From Candidatus Aphodoplasma sp. (lineage in GTDB: Bacteria > Bacillota > Clostridia > UBA1381 > UMGS1253), in the NCBI GenBank assembly GCA_045626925.1, contig JAZUQZ010000003.1, positions 18,526 through 82,525 of the forward strand: 64,000 nucleotides of DNA, in the 5' to 3' direction. Under the pieces are notes generated by a model. The model saw only the letters and a program-made list of their open reading frames with translations. It made no database searches and was not told the origin of the DNA. Positions 1 through 9,888 of the stretch are shown one piece after another. How positions within the stretch are numbered: position 1 is the stretch's first letter; each line of letters begins with the position of its first letter. A program made the position numbers and the translations under genes.

Positions 1-1
1 C

Positions 2-1555
2 TTCCGTGCTGCAGACCAGTGGTTTGCGTCGGTTGATGCACTAAAGGATGATGCAGTAAAGGCTATAAAGGGTGTAAAATGGCTTCCGCAATGGGGCGAG
101 GAGAGAATTACCTCGATGGTTGTTGACCGAAGCGATTGGTGCATTTCGCGCCAGAGAACATGGGGCGTACCGATTCCGATGTTCTATTGTAGCGAATGTG
201 GCAGGGAGCTTATAAATGACGAAACGATAAAAGCAGTAAGCGAGCTATTTAAGACAAAAGGCCCTGATATGTGGTGGGAGCTTGATGCAGAGCAGATTTT
301 ACCAACGGGCACAAAGTGTTCGTGTGGTTGTGACAAGTTTGAAAAAGAGCACGACATAATGGATGTATGGTTTGATTCGGGCTCGTCACACAAGGCCGTT
401 TGTGGTGTGCGTGAGGATTCGGTTTATCCACCCGACATGTACCTTGAGGGTAATGACCAATACAGAGGATGGTTCCAATCGTCACTTCTCACAAGTATAG
501 CGATAAATAAAACAGCGCCGTACAATACGGTTATTACGCATGGTATGATACAGGATGGCGAAGGCAGAAAAATGTCAAAATCCAAGGGCAATTCGATTTC
601 GCCACAAGAGATTATAAATCAATATGGTGCGGATGTTTTAAGACTTTGGGTTGTTTCGGCAGATTATCGTACAGATATGAGAATGTCAAAGGAAATGCTT
701 AAACAGCTTTCAGAGGGTTATCGTAAGATAAGAAATACTGCGCGCTACATTCTGGGTAATATTTCTGATTTTGACCCGAATAAAGATATGGTTTGCTATG
801 ATGATATGCAAGAGATTGACCGTTGGGCGCTTATGCGCGTAAACGACCTTGTTAAAAAGTCGATTGACGCATATGATTCGTATGAGTACCATGTTCTGTA
901 TCACGGCATACACAATTTCTGCGTTGTTGATATGAGCAGTTTTTATCTTGATATTATCAAAGACAGACTTTATACAGAAAAAGCAGATGGCAAGCTTCGT
1001 CGCAGTGCACAGAGTGCTATGTATATAATTTTAGAAAAGCTTACACTTTTACTTGCGCCGATTTTGGCATACACCACTGAAGAAATATGGTCGTATATGC
1101 CACACTTGTCATCGCACGGTACAGAGAGTGTGTTGTTTAACTCGATGCCGTCTTATGATGAAAAGCTTTATAATGACGAGCTTATGCAGAAATGGGAAAA
1201 AGTAATTGCAGTGCGTAACGATGTGCTCAAGGCACTTGAGGAAGCACGCGCAAACAAGACAATAGGTCAGTCACTTGCAGCGGATATAATTGTCTATGCT
1301 GACAAGGATGCATATGGCTTCCTTGATAAAATTAAAGATGAGCTTGCAGAGATATTTATTGTGTCAAGAGTTGCACTCAAAACGATTGACGAAGCTGATG
1401 AAAAAGCAATTGTGGGAGAAATCGTAAAAACGACGGTTGTGCCTGCTACGGGTGAAAAGTGTGAGCGCTGCTGGATTTATTCTGATTCAGTAGGTTCAAA
1501 CAGTGAACACCCAACGCTTTGTGCTCGTTGTGCAGGAGTGCTTGAAGGAAAGTAA
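2..1555 (+). CDS. ileS: Isoleucyl-tRNA synthetase, C-terminal ~517 aa (5' end outside window)
   Basis: Frame is open from nt 2 (FRAADQWFASVD...) into ORF 116-1555. Class I KMSKS loop (RKMSKSKGN). IleRS-type C-terminal Cys knuckles (CERCW...CARC). Confidence 0.95.
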   Translation, partial: FRAADQWFASVDALKDDAVKAIKGVKWLPQWGEERITSMVVDRSDWCISRQRTWGVPIPMFYCSECGRELINDETIKAVSELFKTKGPDMWWELDAEQILPTGTKCSCGCDKFEKEHDIMDVWFDSGSSHKAVCGVREDSVYPPDMYLEGNDQYRGWFQSSLLTSIAINKTAPYNTVITHGMIQDGEGRKMSKSKGNSISPQEIINQYGADVLRLWVVSADYRTDMRMSKEMLKQLSEGYRKIRNTARYILGNISDFDPNKDMVCYDDMQEIDRWALMRVNDLVKKSIDAYDSYEYHVLYHGIHNFCVVDMSSFYLDIIKDRLYTEKADGKLRRSAQSAMYIILEKLTLLLAPILAYTTEEIWSYMPHLSSHGTESVLFNSMPSYDEKLYNDELMQKWEKVIAVRNDVLKALEEARANKTIGQSLAADIIVYADKDAYGFLDKIKDELAEIFIVSRVALKTIDEADEKAIVGEIVKTTVVPATGEKCERCWIYSDSVGSNSEHPTLCARCAGVLEGK

Positions 1556-1580
1556 GATATAAAAATATCGGCAAATTATT

Positions 1581-1612
1581 TGGGAAGGCAGTAGTTTGCC
1601 TTCCCTTAAATT
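1581..1612 (+). terminator. Intrinsic terminator after ileS
   Basis: GGGAAGGCA (1581-1589) / TGCCTTCCC (1596-1604), 6-nt loop, followed by a T-rich tail TTAAATTTTA. Confidence 0.7.
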
Positions 1613-1658
1613 TTATCTAAAGATGATGTTACATATTGTAGCAGAAACGGAGAAAAAG

Positions 1659-2738
1659 ATGCAAAGATTAAAACTTGATTTTGGGAAAAGAAGTTATGAT
1701 ATTGTTATAAATAATAGCTTTGATGCGCTTTCAAAAGAGCTCACAAATCTATGCAAAGGAAAAATTTTAGTCGTTACAGACACAAATGTTGCACTGCTTT
1801 ATAAAGATGAGCTTTCAAAAGTTATCTGTGCGGCAGGCTTTGATAAGCCAGAATTTGCAGTGTTTAAAGCCGGTGAAAAAAGTAAAAATATTGATACAAT
1901 ACAAAGAATATATAAAAGCGCGATAGAGTCTGGCTTTTCAAGAGAGGGAACAATCATAGCTTTTGGCGGTGGTGTTGTGGGCGATATAGCAGGATTTGTT
2001 GCGTCAACATACATGCGTGGTGTTAATTTTGTACAAATACCGACGACGCTTCTTGCCCAAACTGATAGCAGTGTCGGCGGCAAGGTCGGGTTTGATTTTT
2101 GCGGCGCAAAAAATATCATCGGTGCATTTAAACAACCGTCGCTCGTTTATATAAACACAGCTACACTAAAAACACTTCCAAAACGCGAGTTTTGTTCCGG
2201 AATGGCAGAGGTTATAAAATATGGCATTATAAAAGATGAAGGTTTTTTGACTTATCTTGAAAAAAATAATAGTGCAATTTGTGACTTTGATGATGATGCG
2301 ATTGAAGATGTTATATATAATTGTTGCAAAATAAAAGCAGACATTGTTACAGAAGATGAAACCGAGAGTGGCTTGCGCGCTATATTAAATTTTGGGCACA
2401 CTATCGGGCATGGCATTGAAAGCGCGAAGAATTTTTCGCTTTTGCATGGAGAATGTGTAGCTCTTGGAATGATTTGTGCGCTTGATATTTCGCTTTCTCG
2501 TGGCTACATAAGTGCAGATGAGGCACAAAGATGTAAAAAAATAATTGCTATGTACGAGCTTGACACAAATGTTACAAATATAAACATTAACGCAGTTGCC
2601 ACTTATATGAAAAATGACAAGAAAAAGCTTTGTGATACATTGCGCTTTGTGCTTGTGGATGGCATTGGCAACGCGCAAATAAAAGACGATGTTACAAATG
2701 ATGAAATCGAGCACGCACTAAAGTGCATTATGTGTTAA
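1659..2738 (+). CDS. aroB: 3-dehydroquinate synthase
   Basis: GGGVVGDIAGFVA nucleotide-binding motif; NFGHTIGHGIE and HGECVALGM metal ligands. Start moved to ATG 1659 (GGAGAAAAAG SD), because the ORF-track start at 1596 lies inside the ileS terminator. Confidence 0.85.
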   Translation: MQRLKLDFGKRSYDIVINNSFDALSKELTNLCKGKILVVTDTNVALLYKDELSKVICAAGFDKPEFAVFKAGEKSKNIDTIQRIYKSAIESGFSREGTIIAFGGGVVGDIAGFVASTYMRGVNFVQIPTTLLAQTDSSVGGKVGFDFCGAKNIIGAFKQPSLVYINTATLKTLPKREFCSGMAEVIKYGIIKDEGFLTYLEKNNSAICDFDDDAIEDVIYNCCKIKADIVTEDETESGLRAILNFGHTIGHGIESAKNFSLLHGECVALGMICALDISLSRGYISADEAQRCKKIIAMYELDTNVTNININAVATYMKNDKKKLCDTLRFVLVDGIGNAQIKDDVTNDEIEHALKCIMC

Positions 2739-2752
2739 TTGGCGGTGGAATA

Positions 2753-3217
2753 ATGATATATATAATTGTTGCAGTTTTGCTTATTATAATAGACCAAGTG
2801 GCAAAAGCTCTGGCACGCACATTTCTTGCAGGTGGCTTCGCTGTGGGTTTTATTCCGCATATAATTGACTTTGTATATGTTGAAAACAGGGGTGCGGCAT
2901 TTGGTATAATGCAGGATACGCGCATGCTTCTAATTATTATGACGCTCATAATAATAACTGCGCTTTTTATTTATATAATAAAAACAAAGCAAAGACACCC
3001 TTTGTTTCTGTTTTCGTCAATGCTTATTATAGCGGGCGGTATAGGCAATTTGATTGACAGAATAATTTTTGGATATGTGACCGATTTTATTCACTTTATG
3101 TTTTTTGATTTTCCGTGTTTTAATATTGCCGATATATGCGTCTGCATTGGTGCTGTATTGATTGTTATATATCTTTTATTTATAGATACAAACAAGGGAG
3201 AAACAGATGGAAAATAA
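2753..3217 (+). CDS. lspA: Lipoprotein signal peptidase (signal peptidase II)
   Basis: VENRGAAFG, GNLIDR and VTDFI motifs, four TM segments. Classical position near ileS. Confidence 0.9.
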   Translation: MIYIIVAVLLIIIDQVAKALARTFLAGGFAVGFIPHIIDFVYVENRGAAFGIMQDTRMLLIIMTLIIITALFIYIIKTKQRHPLFLFSSMLIIAGGIGNLIDRIIFGYVTDFIHFMFFDFPCFNIADICVCIGAVLIVIYLLFIDTNKGETDGK

Positions 3218-4130
3218 GCTGATTTTTACAGTTGCAAAAGAAGATAAAGGCACGCGCCTTGATGTATATATATCAAAAAGGGTTGACTCGCTTTCGCGTT
3301 CGCACGCATCGCGCCTTATAGAAGAGGGCTGCGTAACGAAGTCATCAGAGGTACTGGGCAAAAAATATCTTGTGCGCGAGGACGAAATTATAGAGGTGAT
3401 TATACCTGCGGCAAGGGAGTATAGCATAGAGCCACAGGATATTTTGCTTGATATTGTGTACGAGGACGAAGATGTACTTGTTATAAATAAGCCACAGGGA
3501 ATGGTGGTGCACCCTGCACCGGGCAATTATGACGGAACGCTTGTAAATGCTTTGATGAATCATTGCAAGGGGAGTCTTTCCGGCATAAACGGCGTTATGC
3601 GTCCCGGCATTGTGCACAGGATTGATAAGGATACATCGGGGCTTTTGATAGTGGCAAAAAATGATAATGCACATACATTTTTATCGGACCAACTTTCTGA
3701 CAGAAGCTTGTCACGCGAATATAGTGCGCTTGTGAATGGGAATATAAAAGAAGATGAATTTACGCTCAATTTTCCCATTGGACGCAATCCAAATGATAGA
3801 AAAAAGATGTGCGTTACAACAAAAAACGCGCGTGATGCAGTTACACATGTAACGGTGCTGGAGCGGTTTGGGCGTTATACACTTGTAAAATGTAAGCTCC
3901 AAACAGGAAGAACACATCAAATTCGCGTGCATATGGCACATATTGGTCACAGCGTTGTGGGAGACAAAACATACGGCATAAAAAAAGAAAGTTTCAAACT
4001 TGATGGCCAGCTTTTACACGCGCAAAAAATTGAGTTTATTCATCCGACAACAAAAGAAAGAATGCAGTTTTGTGCTCCTTTGCCCGACTATTTTACAAAG
4101 GTTTTAGAAAGATTGCGTACAAATAATTAG
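3207..4130 (+). CDS. rluD: RluA-family 23S rRNA pseudouridine synthase (RluD-like)
   Basis: N-terminal S4 domain, catalytic HRIDKDTSGLLIVAKN, GRTHQIRVH motif. Overlaps the lspA end by 11 nt. Confidence 0.9.
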   Translation: MENKLIFTVAKEDKGTRLDVYISKRVDSLSRSHASRLIEEGCVTKSSEVLGKKYLVREDEIIEVIIPAAREYSIEPQDILLDIVYEDEDVLVINKPQGMVVHPAPGNYDGTLVNALMNHCKGSLSGINGVMRPGIVHRIDKDTSGLLIVAKNDNAHTFLSDQLSDRSLSREYSALVNGNIKEDEFTLNFPIGRNPNDRKKMCVTTKNARDAVTHVTVLERFGRYTLVKCKLQTGRTHQIRVHMAHIGHSVVGDKTYGIKKESFKLDGQLLHAQKIEFIHPTTKERMQFCAPLPDYFTKVLERLRTNN

Positions 4131-4160
4131 GCATAGAGTAAAAATTTTATTATAAAAGTG

Positions 4161-4189
4161 TAGACAAGAACATAAATGTCTGTTATAAT
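4161..4189 (+). promoter_or_regulatory. Sigma-A type promoter of the pyr operon
   Basis: TAGACA (4161-4166), 17-nt spacer, TATAAT (4184-4189). Confidence 0.6.
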
Positions 4190-4194
4190 TTAAC

Positions 4195-4340
4195 CAATAT
4201 AGTTCCTTCGTTTTAACCGCCTTTAAATCGGTACAGAGAGACTGATAAGGCATTTATATTTAGGCCGAGGGGTTTTTGTTTGCTTGAATATATTTTGCTT
4301 ATATTAGCTTTTTGCCGATTTTGTGGCAGAAAGCTTTTTA
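4195..4340 (+). promoter_or_regulatory. PyrR-binding transcription attenuator (pyr leader)
   Basis: Stem GCCUU (4219-4223) / AAGGC (4247-4251) encloses a loop with GGUACAGAGAGACU, resembling the PyrR binding-loop core. Terminator GCTTTTTGCC (4307-4316) / GGCAGAAAGC (4325-4334) plus TTTTT lies just before the pyrR SD. Confidence 0.7.
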
Positions 4341-4362
4341 TATTTTGTAAGGAGGAGAGAAA

Positions 4363-4914
4363 ATGAATAATATGCCTATAAAGGCGCAAATTATGGATTC
4401 GGCGGCGATTACACGCGCGCTTAGTAGAATTGCTCATGAGATAATTGAAAAAAATCAGGGGATGGAAGATGTATATCTTATAGGTATCCAGCGCCGCGGC
4501 GTTACACTTGCAAAAGAAATTGCAAAAAAGATTGGCGAGGTTGAGGGTTGTGACATTGAAATAGGTATACTTGATATAACACTGTATCGCGACGATTTGA
4601 GTATGCTGTCTGAGCATCCGCGCATAAATGGAAGTGATATAGGCTTTTCGATTACAAATAAAAAGCTCGTCATAATTGACGATGTGCTTTATACGGGGCG
4701 CACTGTGCGCGCGGCGATTGACGCACTTATGGACATGGGGCGTCCTGCATCGATACAGCTTGGCGTGCTTATTGACAGAGGCCATAGAGAGCTACCGATA
4801 AGAGCGGATTATGTCGGCAAAAATGTACCGACATCAAAGGGTGAGCTTGTTCATGTTGATATGGATGAGTTTGATGGAAATAGTCGTGTATATATTACAG
4901 ATAAGGCAAAATAA
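4363..4914 (+). CDS. pyrR: Bifunctional pyrimidine operon regulator / uracil phosphoribosyltransferase
   Basis: PRPP-binding motif [16 protein letters not shown], length ~183 aa, first gene of the pyr operon, strong SD AAGGAGGAG. Confidence 0.95.
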   Translation: MNNMPIKAQIMDSAAITRALSRIAHEIIEKNQGMEDVYLIGIQRRGVTLAKEIAKKIGEVEGCDIEIGILDITLYRDDLSMLSEHPRINGSDIGFSITNKKLVIIDDVLYTGRTVRAAIDALMDMGRPASIQLGVLIDRGHRELPIRADYVGKNVPTSKGELVHVDMDEFDGNSRVYITDKAK

Positions 4915-4938
4915 AAACACAAAGGAGTGTGCAGAGTA

Positions 4939-5880
4939 ATGCTTGGGAAACACAAGGATTTGCTTGGGCTTAAAGACCTTAGCGCCGATGAAATAAAATA
5001 CATTTTAGATAATGCAAAGACGATGAAGTACATACTTCTTCAAAACAACAAAAAGACGCCTCATTTACAAGGCAAGTCTGTTATAACACTTTTTTATGAA
5101 AATTCGACTCGTACAAGATTATCGTTCGAGCTTGCATCAAAATATATGGGGGCAAGTGCAGCAAATGTTTCTGCTAGCTCGTCGAGTGTGCGCAAGGGCG
5201 AAACGCTTATTGATACGGCGCGTACGATTGATGCTATGGGTACGGATATTATAATTTTGCGTCATTCAATGAGCGGCGCACCACATCTTATTGCAAAAAA
5301 TGTCAAGGCGTCTGTTATAAATGCAGGTGACGGAATGAATGAGCATCCCACCCAGGCACTTCTGGATGCATTTACTATACTTGAGCATAAGGGCAGTATT
5401 GAAGGGTTAAAGGTTGCTATTGTGGGCGATATTATGCATAGCAGAGTTGTAAGAAGTAATATATATGCACTCACAAAGCTTGGCGCGCGCGTTGCGATTG
5501 GCGGCCCTGCAACGCTTTTGCCAAAGGGAATTGAAAATCTTGGGATAGAGGTATATGATAACATTAACGAGGCTCTTGCAGATGCCGATGTAGTTATGGG
5601 TCTTCGTATGCAGCTTGAGCGTCAGCATAGTGGACTTGTGCCGAATATACGAGAGTATGCACGCTTTTTCGGTGTAGACGATAAGAGACTTGCGCTTGCA
5701 AAGCCTGATGCACTTTTGATGCATCCAGGTCCTGTAAACAGAGGGTTTGAGCTTACGAGCAGTGTCATTGACGGAGAAAGCTCGGTTATAGATGAGCAGG
5801 TTACAAATGGCGTTGCGGTTCGTATGGCGGTATTATATATTCTTGCAAGAAGGGGTGAAGGCAATGAAAATATTGATTAA
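4939..5880 (+). CDS. pyrB: Aspartate carbamoyltransferase catalytic subunit
   Basis: STRTRLSFE carbamoyl-phosphate motif, HPTQALLD, HPGPVNRG. Start placed at ATG 4939 after SD AAAGGAG (4921-4927). Confidence 0.95.
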   Translation: MLGKHKDLLGLKDLSADEIKYILDNAKTMKYILLQNNKKTPHLQGKSVITLFYENSTRTRLSFELASKYMGASAANVSASSSSVRKGETLIDTARTIDAMGTDIIILRHSMSGAPHLIAKNVKASVINAGDGMNEHPTQALLDAFTILEHKGSIEGLKVAIVGDIMHSRVVRSNIYALTKLGARVAIGGPATLLPKGIENLGIEVYDNINEALADADVVMGLRMQLERQHSGLVPNIREYARFFGVDDKRLALAKPDALLMHPGPVNRGFELTSSVIDGESSVIDEQVTNGVAVRMAVLYILARRGEGNENID

Positions 5881-7153
5881 GGGCGGAAGAGTAGTCGACC
5901 CTGCAAATAACATTGATAAGGTAGCAGATATTTATATAAATGATGGCATTATTGAAAAGCTTGGTACAGGAATTGATATAGATGGTGTTGATGAGATAAT
6001 TGATGCAAATGGTTTTATAGTTGCACCGGGACTTGTTGATATGCATACACACTTGCGTGAGCCGGGCTTTGAATATAAAGAGGATATCGAAACAGGCATA
6101 AGCGCTGCGGCGATGGGCGGTTTTACATCGGTTGCTTGTATGCCGAATACAGAGCCGCCGATTGATAATGCGGCGATTGTTGAGTTCATAAAGTCGCGTT
6201 CAAACGCAGTCGGAAAGGTTAATGTATACCCGATTGGATGTATCTCAAAGGGACAAAAGGGCGAGGAGCTTGCACCGATAGGCGAGCTTAAATATGCAGG
6301 TGCAGTAGCAATTTCGGACGATGGACGACCGGTTGAAAACGCACTTTTGATGAAGCGGGCGCTTCAATATGCGAACACATTTGATATAAGCGTAATATCA
6401 CACTGTGAGGATTTAAGCCTTGTAGATAGCGGCAGTGCAAACGAAGGTTTTATGGCGACGAGTCTTGGTCTTAGACCGATAACGCCTGCAGCCGAGGAAG
6501 TAATGGTAGCGCGCGATGTGCTTCTTGCAGAAAATGAGGGCGTAAGAGTGCATATCGCACATATCAGCACGCGTCGCAGTGTGGAAATTATACGAAATGC
6601 AAAGGCGCGCGGTGTAAAGGTTACATGCGAAACATGTCCGCACTATTTTACTCTTACTGAACAGGCGATAGACGGATTTAATACTAACGCAAAAATGAAT
6701 CCGCCACTTCGCAGCAAAGAAGATGTTGATGCAATAATCGAGGGGCTTCGTGACGGGACGATAGATGTTATTGCGACGGACCACGCACCACACCATATCG
6801 ATGAGAAAAATTGTGAGTTTGCACTTGCGTCAAATGGTATTGTCGGTCTTGAAACATCATTGCCGCTTGGCGTGACATATCTTGTTGATACGGGCGTTTT
6901 GACAATGGGTGAGCTTGTGACAAAAATGAGTTTGAATCCAGCAAAAATACTTGGTCTGTCAAAGGGAAGCCTTGCTGAAAATGCGTTGGCTGATGTAGTG
7001 ATATTTGATGATAAAGAGGAGTTTAAAGTTGATGTAAGCACCTTTAAATCAAAGGGCAAAAACTCGCCATATAACGGTTTTGAGCTAAAAGGCAAGGTTA
7101 AATATACGATTGTGAACGGAAAAATTATTGTGAAAAATGGAGTTTTAATGTAG
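5864..7153 (+). CDS. pyrC: Dihydroorotase
   Basis: DMHTHLREPG, HIAHISTR and ATDHAPH metal-binding motifs. Start at ATG 5864 (MKILIKGGRVVD), overlapping the pyrB end. The ORF-track N-terminal extension is rejected. Confidence 0.95.
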   Translation: MKILIKGGRVVDPANNIDKVADIYINDGIIEKLGTGIDIDGVDEIIDANGFIVAPGLVDMHTHLREPGFEYKEDIETGISAAAMGGFTSVACMPNTEPPIDNAAIVEFIKSRSNAVGKVNVYPIGCISKGQKGEELAPIGELKYAGAVAISDDGRPVENALLMKRALQYANTFDISVISHCEDLSLVDSGSANEGFMATSLGLRPITPAAEEVMVARDVLLAENEGVRVHIAHISTRRSVEIIRNAKARGVKVTCETCPHYFTLTEQAIDGFNTNAKMNPPLRSKEDVDAIIEGLRDGTIDVIATDHAPHHIDEKNCEFALASNGIVGLETSLPLGVTYLVDTGVLTMGELVTKMSLNPAKILGLSKGSLAENALADVVIFDDKEEFKVDVSTFKSKGKNSPYNGFELKGKVKYTIVNGKIIVKNGVLM

Positions 7154-7188
7154 ACTATAAAAAATCAATATGAAAAGGGGAAAAAAGT

Positions 7189-8106
7189 ATGTCTATGGAT
7201 TTGATGATTAAAAAAATAATTGATATGAATTCACCTGTTGTTGCAGGACTTGATCCAAAGCTTGACTATGTGCCGGATTTTTTGGTAAAGGAATGTTTTG
7301 ATAAATATGGTGCAAATGCTGCCGGTGCAGCAGAGGCACTTTTGAGATTTAATATGGCACTTATTGATGAGCTTTGCGAGGTAGTGCCTGCAGTAAAGGT
7401 ACAGGCGGCGTATTATGAGATGTACGGCATAGAGGGTATGGGTGCACTCTATAAAACAGTATCGTATGCAAAATCGCGCGGCATGTATGTGATTCTGGAC
7501 GGCAAACGCGGCGACATTGGTTCTACTGCAGAGGCATATTCGAGCGGCTGGCTTGGTAAAACAACAATCGGCACAAGTGATTATGCGATGAGTGAGGCGG
7601 ACTGTCTTACAGTAAATCCATACCTTGGAAGTGACGGAATTATTCCGTTTGTAAATGATTGTAAAAAGTATGATAAAGGCATTTTTGCCCTTGTAAAAAC
7701 ATCTAACCCGTCATCGGGCGAGCTTCAGGATTTAAAGGTTGGCGATAAAGCAGTGTACGAAATGACGGCACAGCTTGTTGACAAGTGGGGTGCAGATAAT
7801 ATAGGCAAGTATGGTTATAGCGCAGTCGGTGCGGTTGTTGGTGCGACATATCCGGCCCAGGCAAAAAGCCTTCGTGAAAAAATGAAGCACACATATTTTC
7901 TTGTGCCCGGCTATGGCGCGCAAGGTGCAGGTGCAGATGATGTGGCAGTAAGCTTTGACAAAGATGGCCTTGGAGCGATTGTGAACTCGTCGCGTGCGAT
8001 TATGTGCGCATATAAAAAGAGCGGTTCGGATAAAGAATTTGCAAAGGCAGCAAAGGACGAGGCATATAATATGACAAAGGCAATTAACGCTGCAATCGGC
8101 AGATAG
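7189..8106 (+). CDS. pyrF: Orotidine 5'-phosphate decarboxylase (long type 2 form)
   Basis: VAGLDPK and ILDGKRGDIGSTA motifs, ~305 aa, operon context. Confidence 0.9.
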   Translation: MSMDLMIKKIIDMNSPVVAGLDPKLDYVPDFLVKECFDKYGANAAGAAEALLRFNMALIDELCEVVPAVKVQAAYYEMYGIEGMGALYKTVSYAKSRGMYVILDGKRGDIGSTAEAYSSGWLGKTTIGTSDYAMSEADCLTVNPYLGSDGIIPFVNDCKKYDKGIFALVKTSNPSSGELQDLKVGDKAVYEMTAQLVDKWGADNIGKYGYSAVGAVVGATYPAQAKSLREKMKHTYFLVPGYGAQGAGADDVAVSFDKDGLGAIVNSSRAIMCAYKKSGSDKEFAKAAKDEAYNMTKAINAAIGR

Positions 8107-8156
8107 AATATAAAAAATAGTGCATACTAATTAAAATATGATATGGAGGAGAGCTT

Positions 8157-8927
8157 TTGAAAAGTATAAATATATGTGAAATTGTGTCAATAAACGAAAT
8201 AGCACCGGACATATTTGATTTCGTTGTAAAAAGCGAGAAAATTGCATCCGAAGCAAAGCCGGGACAGTTTTTGCACATTGATTGTGGTAACGAGGCCAAC
8301 AATTTGTTGCGTCGTCCGATAAGCATTTGCGATATAGTCGATGATACTGTACGATTTATATTTGAAAAAAAGGGTAGCGGCACAGATGCTCTTTCGAAGA
8401 AAAAAGTCGGCGACACACTTGATATATTAGGGCCTCTTGGCACAGGCTTTACTATTTTGCCGGACAAAAAAAGGCCAATTATAATCGGTGGTGGAATAGG
8501 CGTATTCCCGCTTTATATGCTTGCAAAACAGTATAAAAACCCGACCATACTACTTGGTTTTCGTACAAAGGACAGAGTTTGTATGGAGGATGAGTTTTCA
8601 AAGCTTGGCAAGATGATTGTTGCCACAGATGATGGAAGCTATGGTTATGACGGTTACGCAGTAAACATACTTGAAAAAATGCTTAAAGAAAATGAAGGCG
8701 ACATTGTATACTCATGTGGTCCTATGCCAATGCTTCGTGCTGTGAAAAAAATCGTCGAAAGTTATGGCATAAAGTGCCAGCTTTCTCTTGAACAGCGTAT
8801 GGGATGCGGCATTGGTGCATGTCTTGTGTGCACATGTGAAACGACATCCCCCGGCACGCATAAGCATAAGCGTGTATGCAAAAACGGACCTGTATTCTGG
8901 AGCGAAGAGGTGACACTAAATGGCTGA
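8157..8927 (+). CDS. pyrK: Dihydroorotate dehydrogenase B electron-transfer subunit
   Basis: RRPISI flavin-binding motif. C-terminal 2Fe-2S cluster Cys pattern CGIGACLVCTC...C. TTG start after GGAGGAG. Confidence 0.9.
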   Translation: MKSINICEIVSINEIAPDIFDFVVKSEKIASEAKPGQFLHIDCGNEANNLLRRPISICDIVDDTVRFIFEKKGSGTDALSKKKVGDTLDILGPLGTGFTILPDKKRPIIIGGGIGVFPLYMLAKQYKNPTILLGFRTKDRVCMEDEFSKLGKMIVATDDGSYGYDGYAVNILEKMLKENEGDIVYSCGPMPMLRAVKKIVESYGIKCQLSLEQRMGCGIGACLVCTCETTSPGTHKHKRVCKNGPVFWSEEVTLNG

Positions 8928-9834
8928 TATGAGGGTTAATATTGCAGGAGTAGAGTGGAATAATCCGGTATGTGTTGCGTCTGGCACTTTTGGGTTTGGA
9001 CGCGAGTATGGCGAATATTTTGATTTGAATAGACTCGGCGCAATAAGTGTAAAGGGACTTACACTAAAAGAACGCGAGGGCAACAAAGCGCCTCGTATAG
9101 CACAGACGAGCGGCGGTATTTTAAACAGTGTCGGCTTGCAAAATCCCGGCGTGCAAAACTTTATACGATTTGAACTTCCTGAGCTTAAAAAATATAGCGC
9201 AAAAATTATTGCGAATATGGCGGGTTCAACAATCGATGAATACACTGAAATGGCCGATATTTTATCAGACAGCGATGTTGATATGCTTGAAATGAACATA
9301 TCGTGTCCGAATGTAAAACAGGGGGGCGTCGCATTCGGTACAGATGCTGCTATGGTTGAAAAAATTACGAGTGAGGTAAAAAAGAGAGCGAAAAAACCGC
9401 TTATCGTAAAGCTTTCACCAAATGTTACTGATATTGTGCAAATGGCAAAGGCTGCACAAAGCGGTGGAGCGGATGCGCTTTCTCTTATCAATACACTTCT
9501 GGGGATGAAAATTGATATAAATACAAAGCGCCCGATATTATATAACAATGTCGGCGGTTTGTCGGGGCCGTGTGTAATGCCGGTCGCTGTGCGTATGGTA
9601 TGGCAGGTTGCAAATGCGATTGATTTACCGATTATCGGTATGGGTGGCATTATGAGTGGCGATGATGCGGCAGAATTTATGCTTGCCGGAGCAGATGCAG
9701 TTGCAATCGGAACAGGTATGTTTAAAAACCCAACATTGCCTGTGGAGGTTGCAGAAGGTCTTTGCAAATATGCAGATGAAAATGGTTTTTCCTCTGTGAG
9801 CGAAATTACGGGCAAGGTTATACCAAACAAATAA
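8920..9834 (+). CDS. pyrD: Dihydroorotate dehydrogenase B catalytic subunit
   Basis: ASGTFGFG, NISCPNVK (catalytic Cys) and IIGMGGI motifs. Overlaps the pyrK stop by 8 nt. Confidence 0.95.
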   Translation: MADMRVNIAGVEWNNPVCVASGTFGFGREYGEYFDLNRLGAISVKGLTLKEREGNKAPRIAQTSGGILNSVGLQNPGVQNFIRFELPELKKYSAKIIANMAGSTIDEYTEMADILSDSDVDMLEMNISCPNVKQGGVAFGTDAAMVEKITSEVKKRAKKPLIVKLSPNVTDIVQMAKAAQSGGADALSLINTLLGMKIDINTKRPILYNNVGGLSGPCVMPVAVRMVWQVANAIDLPIIGMGGIMSGDDAAEFMLAGADAVAIGTGMFKNPTLPVEVAEGLCKYADENGFSSVSEITGKVIPNK

Positions 9835-9845
9835 AGATATAAACA

Positions 9846-9876
9846 AAAGCGACAGTTTATACAAGCTGTCGCTTTA
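9846..9876. terminator. Bidirectional terminator between convergent pyrD and galE
   Basis: AGCGACAG (9848-9855) / CTGTCGCT (9865-9872), flanked by an A-run upstream and a T-run downstream. Confidence 0.75.
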
Positions 9877-9888
9877 AAATTTTATATA

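Noticed and set aside
8916-9830. 304-aa ORF on the minus strand exactly mirroring pyrD (also 304 aa)
   Set aside because: pyrD on the plus strand has unambiguous family motifs and operon context. The antisense product is low-complexity (S/P/I/A-rich), has no SD and no recognisable fold. It is read as a stop-free antisense frame arising by chance or codon bias.
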